NCBI GenBank assembly: GCA_047602735.1
Contig: JBLKOK010000004.1
Location: 13,480 to 77,479, forward strand
DNA: 64,000 nt
Direction: 5' to 3'
From: Candidatus Woesearchaeota archaeon
GTDB taxonomy: Archaea > Nanobdellota > Nanobdellia > Woesearchaeales > 21-14-0-10-32-9
In this document: piece by piece, positions 35,570 through 45,039 of the stretch
How the letters are laid out: each line of letters begins with the position of its first letter
Numbering within the stretch: the first letter of the stretch is position 1
Translations under genes and position numbers: made by a program
The notes under the pieces: generated by a model
The model's database searches: none
What the model was told of the DNA's origin: nothing
What the model saw: only the letters and a program-made list of their open reading frames with translations

Positions 35570-35839
35570 ATGAAATTAAATAAAGAGCTAATCTTAGACA
35601 TAGCTAAGGTATCAAGATTAAACTTATCTGATAAAGAAATAAAAGAATTCTTACCTCAGCTCCAAGAAGTTTTAGATGCTTTTGATAAATTAGAAGAATT
35701 AGACACAACAAATGTTGAGCCAAGTCTTCATCCTGTAAAAATAAATAGTAGTTTAAGAGAAGACAAAGTTATTAAGACTAATATTTCTATAAATGGAGAA
35801 ACAGAAGAAAACTATTTTGTGGGGCCTAAACTAAAATGA
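35570..35839 (+). CDS. gatC: Asp-tRNA(Asn)/Glu-tRNA(Gln) amidotransferase subunit C
   Basis: MKLNKELILDIAKVSRLNLSDKEIKEFLPQLQEVLDAF...LDTTNVEP is the canonical GatC pattern. The track ORF starts at an upstream TTG/ATG, 35552. Confidence 0.8.
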   Translation: MKLNKELILDIAKVSRLNLSDKEIKEFLPQLQEVLDAFDKLEELDTTNVEPSLHPVKINSSLREDKVIKTNISINGETEENYFVGPKLK

Positions 35840-37074
35840 AAGGATTTAGTGTACAATCTAACATTCAAGTAAAAAAAAGTGGATTGTTAAAAGACATAAC
35901 TGTCAGTTTTAAAGATTGTATATGTGTAAAAGACTTAGAAACTACAAGTAGTAGTAAGATTTTAAAAGGTTATGTCCCGAATTTTGACGCTACTATTGTT
36001 ACAAAAATAAAAAATGAAGGCGCTAAAATAATTGGTAAAACTTATCAAGACGAATTTGGTTTTGGAAGCTTTGGACTAAACAACGAGGCAGGTCTTAAAA
36101 ATCCCAATGATGAATCAAGAGTTCCAGGAGGAAGTAGTGCTGGAAGTGCGATTGCTGCAAGAACAATAAAAAATCATTTAGCTATAGCTGAAAGCACGGG
36201 AGGAAGTATAGTAAATCCTGCAGCTTTTTGCGGAGTTATTGGTATTTGTCCAACATACGGCCGGGTTTCAAGGTATGGTCTTATAGATTATGCAAATAGC
36301 TTAGATAAAATAGGTGTTATGGCAGATAACTTACAACTTGCAGCTCTTGGTATTAAAATAATATCTGGATATGATGAAAAAGATTCTACTTCTGTAAATA
36401 TTCGTGTTGAAGAATTCCAAAAATTTAGTGATTTCAAATCAACATTAGGCATCCCGAAAGAATATGTAGAGGGATTAGATGAAGAAGTAAAAGAATTATT
36501 TAATAAAAAAATAGCTGAACTAAAAAATAAAGGCATAAAAATAATTGATGTGTCTTTACCTCTAAACTCAAAATATAGTATTCCTACTTATTACGTAATT
36601 GCTTTAAGTGAAAGTAGCACAAATCTTTCTAAATATTCAGGTATAAGGTATGGGCCTCAACTTAGCTTAAACAATCATTATGATAAATACTTTAGTATGG
36701 TTAGAGAAAAATTCTTTGGAAAAGAATCAAAGAGAAGAATAATTCTTGGAACATTCACAAGGATGGCGGGTTATAGGAGTAAATACTATATTAAAGCATT
36801 AAAAGTAAGAACTCTTCTAATCAAAGAATACAAAAAAGTATTTGAAAAAGTAGATGGGTTAATTCATCCAACAATGCCTTTTATACCTCCAAAAATAGTC
36901 GATGCAAACAAACTAACACCAATACAAATATACAACATGGATTTATTTACTGCTGGAGCAAACCTTGCAGGACTTCCTCACATATCAATACCTCTCTCAA
37001 ACATGATTGGAATAATGATTACAACAGATCACTTCAAAGAAAAACTAATGATAGATATAGGTGCTAAGATATGA
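35836..37074 (+). CDS. gatA: amidotransferase subunit A (amidase signature), N-terminally short
   Basis: 412 aa with FKDCICVKD, GKTYQDEFGFGS and VPGGSSAGSAIA (amidase signature). Overlaps both gatC and gatB by 4 nt. Confidence 0.85.
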   Translation: MKGFSVQSNIQVKKSGLLKDITVSFKDCICVKDLETTSSSKILKGYVPNFDATIVTKIKNEGAKIIGKTYQDEFGFGSFGLNNEAGLKNPNDESRVPGGSSAGSAIAARTIKNHLAIAESTGGSIVNPAAFCGVIGICPTYGRVSRYGLIDYANSLDKIGVMADNLQLAALGIKIISGYDEKDSTSVNIRVEEFQKFSDFKSTLGIPKEYVEGLDEEVKELFNKKIAELKNKGIKIIDVSLPLNSKYSIPTYYVIALSESSTNLSKYSGIRYGPQLSLNNHYDKYFSMVREKFFGKESKRRIILGTFTRMAGYRSKYYIKALKVRTLLIKEYKKVFEKVDGLIHPTMPFIPPKIVDANKLTPIQIYNMDLFTAGANLAGLPHISIPLSNMIGIMITTDHFKEKLMIDIGAKI

Positions 37075-38414
37075 AAGTAGGATTAGAAATTCACGCAACT
37101 CTAAACACAAAATCAAAGATATTTTGTAGCTGTAGCACTAGTGAAGAAAAACCAAACACAAATATTTGTCAAATATGTCTTGGTTGTCCTGGAAGCAAAC
37201 CAGTTCTTAACAAAGAAGTATTAAAACAAGGAATATTACTTGCAAGAGCATTAAATTTCAAGGTTGCTAATCAAATTGTTTTTAGCAGAAAATCTTACTT
37301 TTATCCAGATCTTTCAAAAAATTATCAGATAACACAATTTGAAGAACCTCTTGGATTAAATGGAAGTATAAAGATCTCTGATAAAATTATCAGACTTAAA
37401 AGAATACATTTAGAAGAAGATCCAGCTCAAATAATTAGAACTGATAAAACACTAATAGATTACAATAGAAGTGGTATGCCGCTAGCTGAAATAGTAACGG
37501 AGCCAGACATTGAAACTGCAAATCAAGCAAGAGAATTTATGAAAAAATTAAGCAGAACACTTCTCTATTTAGGCATAACTGACAATGTAAAAGCAGACGT
37601 AAATATATCTATAAAAGAATCTGGTTTTAAAAGAGTAGAAGTAAAAAACGTTACTGGATTTAAAGAAATAGAGCGTTGCATATTATATGAGGCTAAAAGA
37701 CAAAAAAAAGATTATGGGGAGGGTTCTTTAATTGAAAACGCGACTTATGGTTGGGATGCTGCTAAGTCAAAAACATATCTTATGAGAAAAAAAGAAAGCG
37801 AAGCAGACTATGGCTACATATATGATCCTGATCTTGTACCTATAAAAACTCCAAAAGAATTGTTGCAAGAAAAATTACCTGAATTTAGTGATTCAAAAAT
37901 AGCTCGTTACACAAAATTAGGGGTTACAAAAGAAGATGCTGACATAATAACTATGGATCCTAACATTGCAAAGCTATTTGAAGAAATAAAATTAGACACT
38001 GTATTTGTATCAAAATGGTTTAGAGGAGAAATACTAAGAGTTCTAAACTATAACAAACTAACTTTAAACGAATCTAAATTTAATAATAAAAATATTAGTG
38101 AGTTATTAGAACTAGTTTATAACAAAAAAATTAATGATACAACTGCAAAAAAAATACTTGAAAAATTAGTAGTTGAAGATTTTGATGTAAACGATTATGT
38201 CAAAAAAAATAACTTGCTACAGCTATCTGATGATTCATTAATACTGAGCTCTATAAAAAAAGTAATAGATGAAAATAAAGAAGCAGTAAATGACTATTTG
38301 GCAGGTGAAGAAAAATCATTTAATTTCTTATTTGGAAAAGTAATGAGAGAAACAAAAGGAAAGGCAAATCCTGTTATTGTTAAAAAACATTTAATTGAAC
38401 AGCTCAAAAAATAA
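37071..38414 (+). CDS. gatB: amidotransferase subunit B
   Basis: 447 aa with VGLEIHATLNTKSKIFCSC, SRKSYFYPDL, HLEEDPA and NRSGMPLAEIVTEPD motifs, plus a C-terminal YqeY-like tail. Confidence 0.9.
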   Translation: MKVGLEIHATLNTKSKIFCSCSTSEEKPNTNICQICLGCPGSKPVLNKEVLKQGILLARALNFKVANQIVFSRKSYFYPDLSKNYQITQFEEPLGLNGSIKISDKIIRLKRIHLEEDPAQIIRTDKTLIDYNRSGMPLAEIVTEPDIETANQAREFMKKLSRTLLYLGITDNVKADVNISIKESGFKRVEVKNVTGFKEIERCILYEAKRQKKDYGEGSLIENATYGWDAAKSKTYLMRKKESEADYGYIYDPDLVPIKTPKELLQEKLPEFSDSKIARYTKLGVTKEDADIITMDPNIAKLFEEIKLDTVFVSKWFRGEILRVLNYNKLTLNESKFNNKNISELLELVYNKKINDTTAKKILEKLVVEDFDVNDYVKKNNLLQLSDDSLILSSIKKVIDENKEAVNDYLAGEEKSFNFLFGKVMRETKGKANPVIVKKHLIEQLKK

Positions 38415-38462
38415 CATCTTTAAATCAGAATATTTATAATAATTAAATTATTTTCAGAAATT

Positions 38463-38960
38463 ATGATTAATAAAAAGTTGGGTGTTGTTTTTATAATACT
38501 TGCACTTGTAATTAGTGTAATTCTTTACATGATGTCTGGAGCTCTAAGAGCAGAAGCAGAAATATTGGGGTGTTATGAAAACATAGGGTGTGCTAACATA
38601 GAAAGTAGCTTAACTATGACTCATTTTGCTTTTGGAATAATAGGTTTTTTATTATCTTTGGGTGTTTATTTATTATTTTTCTATACTGGGGAAAAACAAA
38701 TACTTGAAGCTTTAAAAGAACAAAAAGAAAGAGAATTAAAAGAACAAAAATTTGATATAATTTTATCTGTTTTAGATCCTTTCGAGTCAAAAATTTTAAA
38801 GGACGTAAAAGAACAAGACGGTATAGGTCAAAGAACGCTTGTTATAAGAACTGGCTTTTCTAAATCTAAAGTTAGCGAAGTCTTAAAAAGTTTAGAGACT
38901 AAAAAACTCATAAAAAGAGTAAAAAAAGGCAAAACAAACCAGGTTTATTGTTTAAAATAA
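38463..38960 (+). CDS. membrane-anchored winged-helix regulator
   Basis: 165 aa. Two N-terminal TM helices, then QRTLVIRTGFSKSKVSEVLKSLETKKLIKRVKKGKTN (MarR-type wHTH). Confidence 0.55.
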   Translation: MINKKLGVVFIILALVISVILYMMSGALRAEAEILGCYENIGCANIESSLTMTHFAFGIIGFLLSLGVYLLFFYTGEKQILEALKEQKERELKEQKFDIILSVLDPFESKILKDVKEQDGIGQRTLVIRTGFSKSKVSEVLKSLETKKLIKRVKKGKTNQVYCLK

Positions 38961-39000
38961 TATTTTTCTTCCTTTTTCTTTCATGAACAATATTTTATCT

Positions 39001-39051
39001 TTATGAACTATAAAAAGCATTTTTAGGCCTTATAATTTAAACAGTTCATAA
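39001..39051. promoter_or_regulatory. 9-bp perfect inverted repeat, candidate operator upstream of the dsbA-like gene
   Basis: TTATGAACT (39001-39009) and AGTTCATAA (39043-39051) are separated by 33 nt. A further ATGAAC copy lies at 38983-38988. The repeat ends just before a TATA-like gttaaatatataat. Confidence 0.35.
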
Positions 39052-39114
39052 CGTTAAATATATAATGTATACTAAAAACAAATTAGTATATACACGGAGG
39101 TGTAAGATATAAAA

Positions 39115-39801
39115 ATGGCAAAATCGTCAAAAAAAAGAAAAACTGCAGCTAAAAAAACTGCAACAAAACCAAAAAGCGAAGAGACATTATCAATCTCAAA
39201 AACGGCTTTATGGCAAATTATTTCTGGAGCTTTAGCAGTGATACTAATAGTTTTACTAGCATTTAGCTTCACAAATACAACGACAACACAACCAGGACAA
39301 CCTCTTGAAGGTGCAAGAAGCGTTGGTGATGAAAACGCACCTGTTGTAATAGTTGAGTACAGTGACTTTACATGTCTTTTCTGTAAAAGATTTTATGATG
39401 ATACGTATGGTCTAATAAAACAGAACTTTATTGATCAAGGACTTGTTAGGTTTGTATACAAGGATTTCCCTGTTGTTGGTGGTCAAAGAGCTGCTGAAGC
39501 AGGATGGTGTGCACATGAACAAGATAGATTCTTTGATTATAAAGATAGAATTTTCCAAACACCTACTCAAGTAAGTGATTCAAACTTAATTGCATGGGCA
39601 GGAGAATTAGGACTAAATGTTGGTCAGTTTGAAGAATGTTTAACTACTGGAAGATACCAAAGTAATGTTGCTGCTGAAAGGCAAGAAGCAATAAACAATG
39701 GTGTAAGGGGAACTCCTGGGTTCTTAATTAACGGTCAGTTAGTTAGTGGAGCTCAACCATACAACGTCTTTGAACAAGCAATTAATGCAGCTCTAAATTA
39801 A
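39115..39801 (+). CDS. DsbA-family thiol:disulfide oxidoreductase, membrane anchored
   Basis: 228 aa. N-terminal Lys-rich region plus a TM helix. Active site is YSDFTCLFCKRF (CxxC). A cis-Pro region (RGTPGFLING) is also present. Shine-Dalgarno ggaggtg lies 11 nt upstream. Confidence 0.75.
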   Translation: MAKSSKKRKTAAKKTATKPKSEETLSISKTALWQIISGALAVILIVLLAFSFTNTTTTQPGQPLEGARSVGDENAPVVIVEYSDFTCLFCKRFYDDTYGLIKQNFIDQGLVRFVYKDFPVVGGQRAAEAGWCAHEQDRFFDYKDRIFQTPTQVSDSNLIAWAGELGLNVGQFEECLTTGRYQSNVAAERQEAINNGVRGTPGFLINGQLVSGAQPYNVFEQAINAALN

Positions 39802-39882
39802 AAGAGCTAACTTTTTTCTTTTTTTTCTTTTTTTAATTAAAATAATAAAAAAATTTATATACTACTATTGAGTAACTATGTT

Positions 39883-40401
39883 ATGAAGGGAATAATTATA
39901 GGGTTTTTAGGGGTATTTTTACAATTAGTAGGAGCTATATCATTTTACAACAATGCAAACTTTTTTGGACTTGCAATATCTGTTATTGGAGCAACATTAG
40001 TTTTTATAATGATTGCAAACTTTGCTTTAAAAAAATCTTATCAAATATTCATTGTATCTTCAACTCTTTTATTCTTAGTTATCATAACTTTAGACTTATT
40101 ACTTGATTTTGTATCATTTAACTATGTGTTCATGGTGGCTTTACTTGCAATAGTATTAATTATGATGCCATTTAGTAAATTAACAAAAAGAAAAGTAATC
40201 AGGACAAAAAAACAAGTTCAAAAAGAAGTAGTTAATGAAAAAGAACAAATGGTTATAGCGTTAAAAAACGGAACTATTTTCCACAGGTTGAATTGTCCGC
40301 TTATACAAAAATCTAAAAAACAAAACTTGATTTATTTCAAGTCTGCAAAAGAAGCTATATCTAAGGGGTACAGGCCTTGTAAGATGTGTGATCCTCAATA
40401 A
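39883..40401 (+). CDS. four-TM membrane protein fused to an Ada-like Cys-rich metal-binding motif
   Basis: C-terminal IFHRLNCPLIQKSKKQNLIYFKSAKEAISKGYRPCKMCDP resembles the Ada_Zn_binding pattern FHxxxC...F.s...A...GyRPCkxC.P. ATG 39883 lies about 25 nt after tttatatac. Confidence 0.45.
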   Translation: MKGIIIGFLGVFLQLVGAISFYNNANFFGLAISVIGATLVFIMIANFALKKSYQIFIVSSTLLFLVIITLDLLLDFVSFNYVFMVALLAIVLIMMPFSKLTKRKVIRTKKQVQKEVVNEKEQMVIALKNGTIFHRLNCPLIQKSKKQNLIYFKSAKEAISKGYRPCKMCDPQ

Positions 40402-41138
40402 TCAAATACACTTTTTTGTTTGCTATTATATCTTTCTAGTCGTTTAGGTGGGTTTACACTAACAAAATTAAATCCCCAATCATTTAACATATCTTTGGCG
40501 TTTTTAGCAATCTCGGGTGCGGCAATCACTCCTTTAACTTTTTCTTTTTTAATACCTTTAAGTTCTACTATTTTTTCTACGTATCTTCTAAGTTGTTGAA
40601 CTGCAGAAAGCCCAGCACTATATCTCTTACATTCAACAATTACCAAGTTACCATTCTTATCATGCCCAAAAACATCTATAAAACCATATTTTGTATGTTC
40701 TTCTCTGCTTAAAGGAGTAAAATCCTCTGCAACCATCCAAGGTTTTTCTTTTAACATATCACTCATATCTTTTTCTGTACCTACAAGTACAAGCTTCTTG
40801 CCATCTTCTAGCTTTCTAGAACTAAAATCAAAAACTCTATGTATAATTATATCTAAATAATCTTTATTCTTAGAATTATAGCTCTCAATAACCATGCCTT
40901 GATCTGCTTCAAATAAACTAATTGAACTATCTGCTTTCATATAATTAATAGGGTTACTTCCATCTGGTTGATGAACAAGCAAAGTATTATCTGATTTAAT
41001 TACTATCAGTCTTTCTCCAAGTTCAAGCTCAGCTTCAGCTCTACCACTATATTTTATCTCACACAAACAAAAAAAGCTCATAGTTTTATTACTCATTATT
41101 GCATCGTTAAATTCTTGTTTAAACTCTTTAAGATCCAT
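40395..41138 (-). CDS. nucS: endonuclease NucS (EndoMS)
   Basis: 247 aa. The C-terminal RecB-like nuclease motif is GFIDVFGHDKNGNLVIVECKRYSAGLSAVQQLRRYV. Confidence 0.85.
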   Translation of the reverse strand: MDLKEFKQEFNDAIMSNKTMSFFCLCEIKYSGRAEAELELGERLIVIKSDNTLLVHQPDGSNPINYMKADSSISLFEADQGMVIESYNSKNKDYLDIIIHRVFDFSSRKLEDGKKLVLVGTEKDMSDMLKEKPWMVAEDFTPLSREEHTKYGFIDVFGHDKNGNLVIVECKRYSAGLSAVQQLRRYVEKIVELKGIKKEKVKGVIAAPEIAKNAKDMLNDWGFNFVSVNPPKRLERYNSKQKSVFDY

Positions 41139-41192
41139 ATAATTAAAAGAATATTAGGCTATTATAAAAAGTTATTTTTATTACTCTAAAAA

Positions 41193-41207
41193 AAAGATTT
41201 ATAAACT
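41193..41207 (+). promoter_or_regulatory. BRE/TATA-like promoter element (aaagaTTTATAAAct)
   Basis: TTTATAAA at 41198-41205, 23 nt upstream of the rps17e ATG (41228). Confidence 0.45.
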
Positions 41208-41227
41208 AACATTGATTCCACAAGGGT

Positions 41228-41416
41228 ATGGGAAGAATTAAAACTAAACAAGTTAAGGCTATAACTCACGAATTACAAGATAAATACGGAGATGAATTCA
41301 AAGACAACTTTGAAGATAACAAAGTATTAGTTTCGTCTAAATTATCTGGTACTTCTAAAAAGCTAAGAAACATCATAGCAGGTTATGTTACTAGATTACA
41401 AAAATCAAACAAGTAA
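41228..41416 (+). CDS. rps17e: 30S ribosomal protein S17e (eS17)
   Basis: 62 aa. MGRIKTKQVKAITHELQDKYGDEFKDNFEDNK is the conserved eS17 N-terminus. Confidence 0.85.
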   Translation: MGRIKTKQVKAITHELQDKYGDEFKDNFEDNKVLVSSKLSGTSKKLRNIIAGYVTRLQKSNK

Positions 41417-41454
41417 ACTAGTTAAACAAGAGTTGGGACATAAAGGTACAAAAA

Positions 41455-41760
41455 ATGTCCTCGATAGATGATTTAATAAATAAAGATAAAAAGATTTTAT
41501 CTAAATTGAATTCTAATTCTAACAAAACTTATTCTACTTATAGTCTATCTAATCAGGGCTTTGATAATTATTTCTCTCCACCGAATTTTTCTAGGGGTAT
41601 GGATAATTATAAGAAAGAGTCACCTCTTCCATACAAAATTACTGGGCCTGAAGAATTCATAATTTTAAAAGACATATATCTTGGTTCTGGAAGTATTATT
41701 TCAACAAAATCTAATTATAACACTCAAAATGAGTCTAGTTCTAAGTATAGTTCTAAATAA
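41455..41760 (+). CDS. hypothetical Ser/Asn-rich protein
   Basis: 101 aa, low complexity, no domain recognised. Confidence 0.3.
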   Translation: MSSIDDLINKDKKILSKLNSNSNKTYSTYSLSNQGFDNYFSPPNFSRGMDNYKKESPLPYKITGPEEFIILKDIYLGSGSIISTKSNYNTQNESSSKYSSK

Positions 41761-41806
41761 TTTTTTAAATAAAGACTTTTACATTATTAATATTAATTTT
41801 TTTTTT

Positions 41807-41880
41807 GGGCTTATAGCACAGTCTGGATAGTGCAACCGGCTTCGGACCGGTAGACCCCGGTTCAAATCCGGGTAAGCTCA
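41807..41880 (+). tRNA. tRNA-Arg (anticodon TCG)
   Basis: 74 nt. Acceptor GGGCTTA/TAAGCTC. Anticodon arm ACCGG-CTTCGGA-CCGGT. T arm CCCGG-TTCAAAT-CCGGG. Confidence 0.9.
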
Positions 41881-41901
41881 TTTTTTTTTAGTTTAAGAAG
41901 T

Positions 41902-42519
41902 TTATTTATACTTATAAGAATTATTTTCTTCGTCAAATATTAAGTTGTTTTTTTTTCTTTTTAAAAGGTCTAAAATCATATCACAAATCTCTTTTGTTGT
42001 CAAAAGAGCTCTTTTTTCGTATTCTTCTTTTGTCAAATCTGTTTTACTCACTCCTCCTTCAAAAGGTCCTAAATAAGCATTTTTAACTCTGTATTTATGA
42101 CTAAACAATATTGCTAAATCATCAAGCCATTTCTTTGTTAAACTATAAAACGCGGGTTCTTTTTTAAGTTTAAGGCCATGCCTGCTATTAATAAATAAAA
42201 TTGTTGCATCTTTTTTTAATAATGTGTGTCTTGTAACATTCCAAGCACCTATAACATTAGTTTTCACTATATCTTCAAAATCATTTAAACTATTATCTAA
42301 AATACTGCCTCTCTTCATAATGCCTGCGTTATTTATCACTAAATCAACTTCTCCAATATTTGTCAAAACTTTATTCAAATCCTTAGTGATATCAATGACA
42401 TGATAATGGACTTTGTTATTATCTCCTTTAATTATATCCAATACGTGGATTTCTCCTTTAAGATTTTTTGCAAGCTCAGCTCCAAGCCCTCTGCTTCCTC
42501 CAGTTATTATTATTTTCAT
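41902..42519 (-). CDS. short-chain dehydrogenase/reductase (SDR)
   Basis: 205 aa. N-terminal MKIIITGGSRGLGAEL (TGxxxGxG), then NNAG. The expected YxxxK is less clear. Confidence 0.75.
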   Translation of the reverse strand: MKIIITGGSRGLGAELAKNLKGEIHVLDIIKGDNNKVHYHVIDITKDLNKVLTNIGEVDLVINNAGIMKRGSILDNSLNDFEDIVKTNVIGAWNVTRHTLLKKDATILFINSRHGLKLKKEPAFYSLTKKWLDDLAILFSHKYRVKNAYLGPFEGGVSKTDLTKEEYEKRALLTTKEICDMILDLLKRKKNNLIFDEENNSYKYK

Positions 42520-44348
42520 TTTATTTCAAATATGTGGCTCTCTCCAGGTTCTAGCTCTATATATAATTCTCTGCCTCTTCTTTCATATTTCTCGCCATTA
42601 ATTTTGTCTTTAAGAACATATTCATCAAATGTTTCATCAAGATACAAAGTAGTATGTGCTTTATGGTATATGTCCATATTGACACAAACTAATATTTTTT
42701 CTTTTTTATATTCTCTAATAAATGCAAAAACTTGGCTTTGTTCTAATGGTTGATTATTATATATGTATTTATATGAACCTTTTTGTAATGCTAAGCTCTT
42801 ATTTCGTATATTATTAATCTTAGAAATATATTTTTTAAGATCTTTATCGCTTTCCCAATCGATACTGCTATAACTAAAAAGGTTAACTTGTTGCCATTCA
42901 ATTTTTTCAAATCCATTAAAAATCATAGGGATTCCTGGAATTGTCGCTGTAAGCATATATCTTGATTTATTTGCACGCTCTCCTAATATTTCTTCTCTTG
43001 ATTGAGTTAGTTTCTTTGTGGTTCTGTGAAAATCATGACATTCTGAAAACAAGAAGAACAATCCTTTATCAACAACTCCTGTGAGCATATAATCAACATA
43101 TCCTTTAAGGCTTAAAGGACTATAAAGTTTATTTGAAAAATCTCCGTAAACAGCGCTAAATCCTGCTTCAAATAATTCTTTTATATTATCTGTAAAGCTC
43201 TCGGCGATAAAAACAACATCTCCTGATAAATTATTATTAAGTTTTTTTGCAAGTTCTCTGCTCTCGCCTATACATTCTTTCCAAAACTTTGGAGGTATTC
43301 TATATGCTACATCACATCTAAATCCATCAATACCTATTTCTTTAATCCAATACTTAGGTATGCTCTTAAAATATGTATACATCTCTTTAATAGTAGGATT
43401 TTTAGGAGGTTCATTTGAAGCTTTAGGTATCATATACTCCCAGTTAATTTGAGCTGCGTCTCTCCACCAGGTTCCATGATCGAATGGAGAAAAAGTATGT
43501 TTTGGATCTCCCCATGGTTTTCCATCTTTTATTTCTTCAGGATAAATATAAGGATCTTCTAAGCTAGTAATGTTTTCTTTATACAAAAACCATTCTGGGT
43601 GAAGTCTTTGAAAAACAAAATCGTGACTAGTATGATTAAAAACAAGGTCCATAAAGACTTTTATGTTAAGTCTGTGTGCTTCTTTAACCATTTCTTTAAA
43701 TTCTTTTAAGGGATTACTAAGACTTGTATAGCTTCCTCCATCTTTATCAATACCTAATTCTGGATCTATTGCCTTATAATCTTTAATACTATATGGGCAT
43801 CCTGGTTGCAAATAATTAGGATAATGATCATGGGGATTATAATTTCTATAAAGCTCACCTATGGGGTGAATTGGGTTTAAGTATAAAACGTCGCATCCCA
43901 TATCTTTAATTTCTTTTAATCTATGTTTTAAATCATCAAAAGTTCCGCTATCTCCAAAACTAATTTTTCCTTCTTCATCAATCTTTTTATGTCCATAAAA
44001 CCTTATGAAGCTATTATAAAAAACACTCTTTTTAATATAACTTGGATCTACATGTACTTCTGTTTTATCTAGCCAATGCCAAAACTTTTGATCTTTATAC
44101 CTCCATCTAATACGTACTTCATAAAAACCTGTTTTTAAAGAAAATTTTTTTGTATACACACCGTTTTTTTTATTCATCAAAAAACCATGTGGTCTTCCTA
44201 ATATATTGCTCCAAACTTCAACTACTAGGTCGTTATCATCTCTAAACTTACAAGAAACCACTAGTTCTTCATCATCAGTTCTTTTCACAACTCCTGGCTC
44301 TGGATAAAAATGTTCAATTAATGTTTGGTCTAAAAGTTTTTGCTCCAT
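42516..44348 (-). CDS. alpha-amylase family glycoside hydrolase (GH13)
   Basis: 610 aa with GH13 regions DLVFNHTSHD, GIDGFRCDVAYRIP, FIAESF and FSECHDF in canonical order. Confidence 0.8.
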   Translation of the reverse strand: MEQKLLDQTLIEHFYPEPGVVKRTDDEELVVSCKFRDDNDLVVEVWSNILGRPHGFLMNKKNGVYTKKFSLKTGFYEVRIRWRYKDQKFWHWLDKTEVHVDPSYIKKSVFYNSFIRFYGHKKIDEEGKISFGDSGTFDDLKHRLKEIKDMGCDVLYLNPIHPIGELYRNYNPHDHYPNYLQPGCPYSIKDYKAIDPELGIDKDGGSYTSLSNPLKEFKEMVKEAHRLNIKVFMDLVFNHTSHDFVFQRLHPEWFLYKENITSLEDPYIYPEEIKDGKPWGDPKHTFSPFDHGTWWRDAAQINWEYMIPKASNEPPKNPTIKEMYTYFKSIPKYWIKEIGIDGFRCDVAYRIPPKFWKECIGESRELAKKLNNNLSGDVVFIAESFTDNIKELFEAGFSAVYGDFSNKLYSPLSLKGYVDYMLTGVVDKGLFFLFSECHDFHRTTKKLTQSREEILGERANKSRYMLTATIPGIPMIFNGFEKIEWQQVNLFSYSSIDWESDKDLKKYISKINNIRNKSLALQKGSYKYIYNNQPLEQSQVFAFIREYKKEKILVCVNMDIYHKAHTTLYLDETFDEYVLKDKINGEKYERRGRELYIELEPGESHIFEIK

Positions 44349-44400
44349 ATTATAACAATTATATTTTTTAGGCTTTATATGTTTTTCAGTTAAAATTTTT

Positions 44401-45039
44401 TTAGTTAGAAAAATCTATTTCTCCTTCAAAGTATACTCCTTTCTTAAGCTCTACTGGTCTCCAACTATCTTCAATTAACTCTGCGTTAAGCCAGCTTGCA
44501 AGTTCTTTTGGATTACCAATAGTGGCACTAAGTCCTATAACTTGTATGTTTTTTAAGTTCTTTCTCAAAAGAGTAATTACGACTTCCAAAGTAGGACCTC
44601 TGCTCTGATCATTTAATAAATGAATCTCATCAATAACTATAACTCCTAATTTATTTATCCACTCAGCTCTATGCCTAGTTAAACTATCCATCTTTTCACT
44701 TGTAGTAATAATAATATCTGCATCGTTTAAGAATCTATCAGCACTATCAACCTCTCCGCTACTAACTTTTACGTTAAACTCAGGGTATTCTTTTTTAAAA
44801 TGCTTAAATTTCTCTGAAGCTAGTGCTCTTAAAGGAACAATATAAACTCCTTTTTTACCATTAAGAACATGTTGAACAATACTAAGTTCTCCAACAAGGG
44901 TCTTACCAGAAGCAGTAGGTGTACAAACAAGTAAGTTTTTTCCTTCAAACAAACCTGCATCAATACTTTTTTTTTGACTAGGTCTTAGTTCTTTAAATCC
45001 TTTTTTATCTATTATTTCCTTTATTTTTGTAGGAATCAT
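44401..45039 (-). CDS. Hel308/Ski2-like helicase, RecA1 domain only (truncated)
   Basis: Motifs LRPSQKKSI (Q/Ia), CTPTASGKT (I), DEIHLL (II) and SATIGN (III). The ORF stops right after WRPVELKKGV. No RecA2, winged-helix or ratchet domains follow. The ATG at 45039 is preferred over TTG 45057. Confidence 0.7.
   Translation of the reverse strand: MIPTKIKEIIDKKGFKELRPSQKKSIDAGLFEGKNLLVCTPTASGKTLVGELSIVQHVLNGKKGVYIVPLRALASEKFKHFKKEYPEFNVKVSSGEVDSADRFLNDADIIITTSEKMDSLTRHRAEWINKLGVIVIDEIHLLNDQSRGPTLEVVITLLRKNLKNIQVIGLSATIGNPKELASWLNAELIEDSWRPVELKKGVYFEGEIDFSN

Noticed and set aside
42400-42753. Plus-strand ORFs 42400-42753 and 42413-42601
   Set aside because: They are antisense across the SDR/GH13 junction. 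Both minus-strand genes carry clear family motifs.
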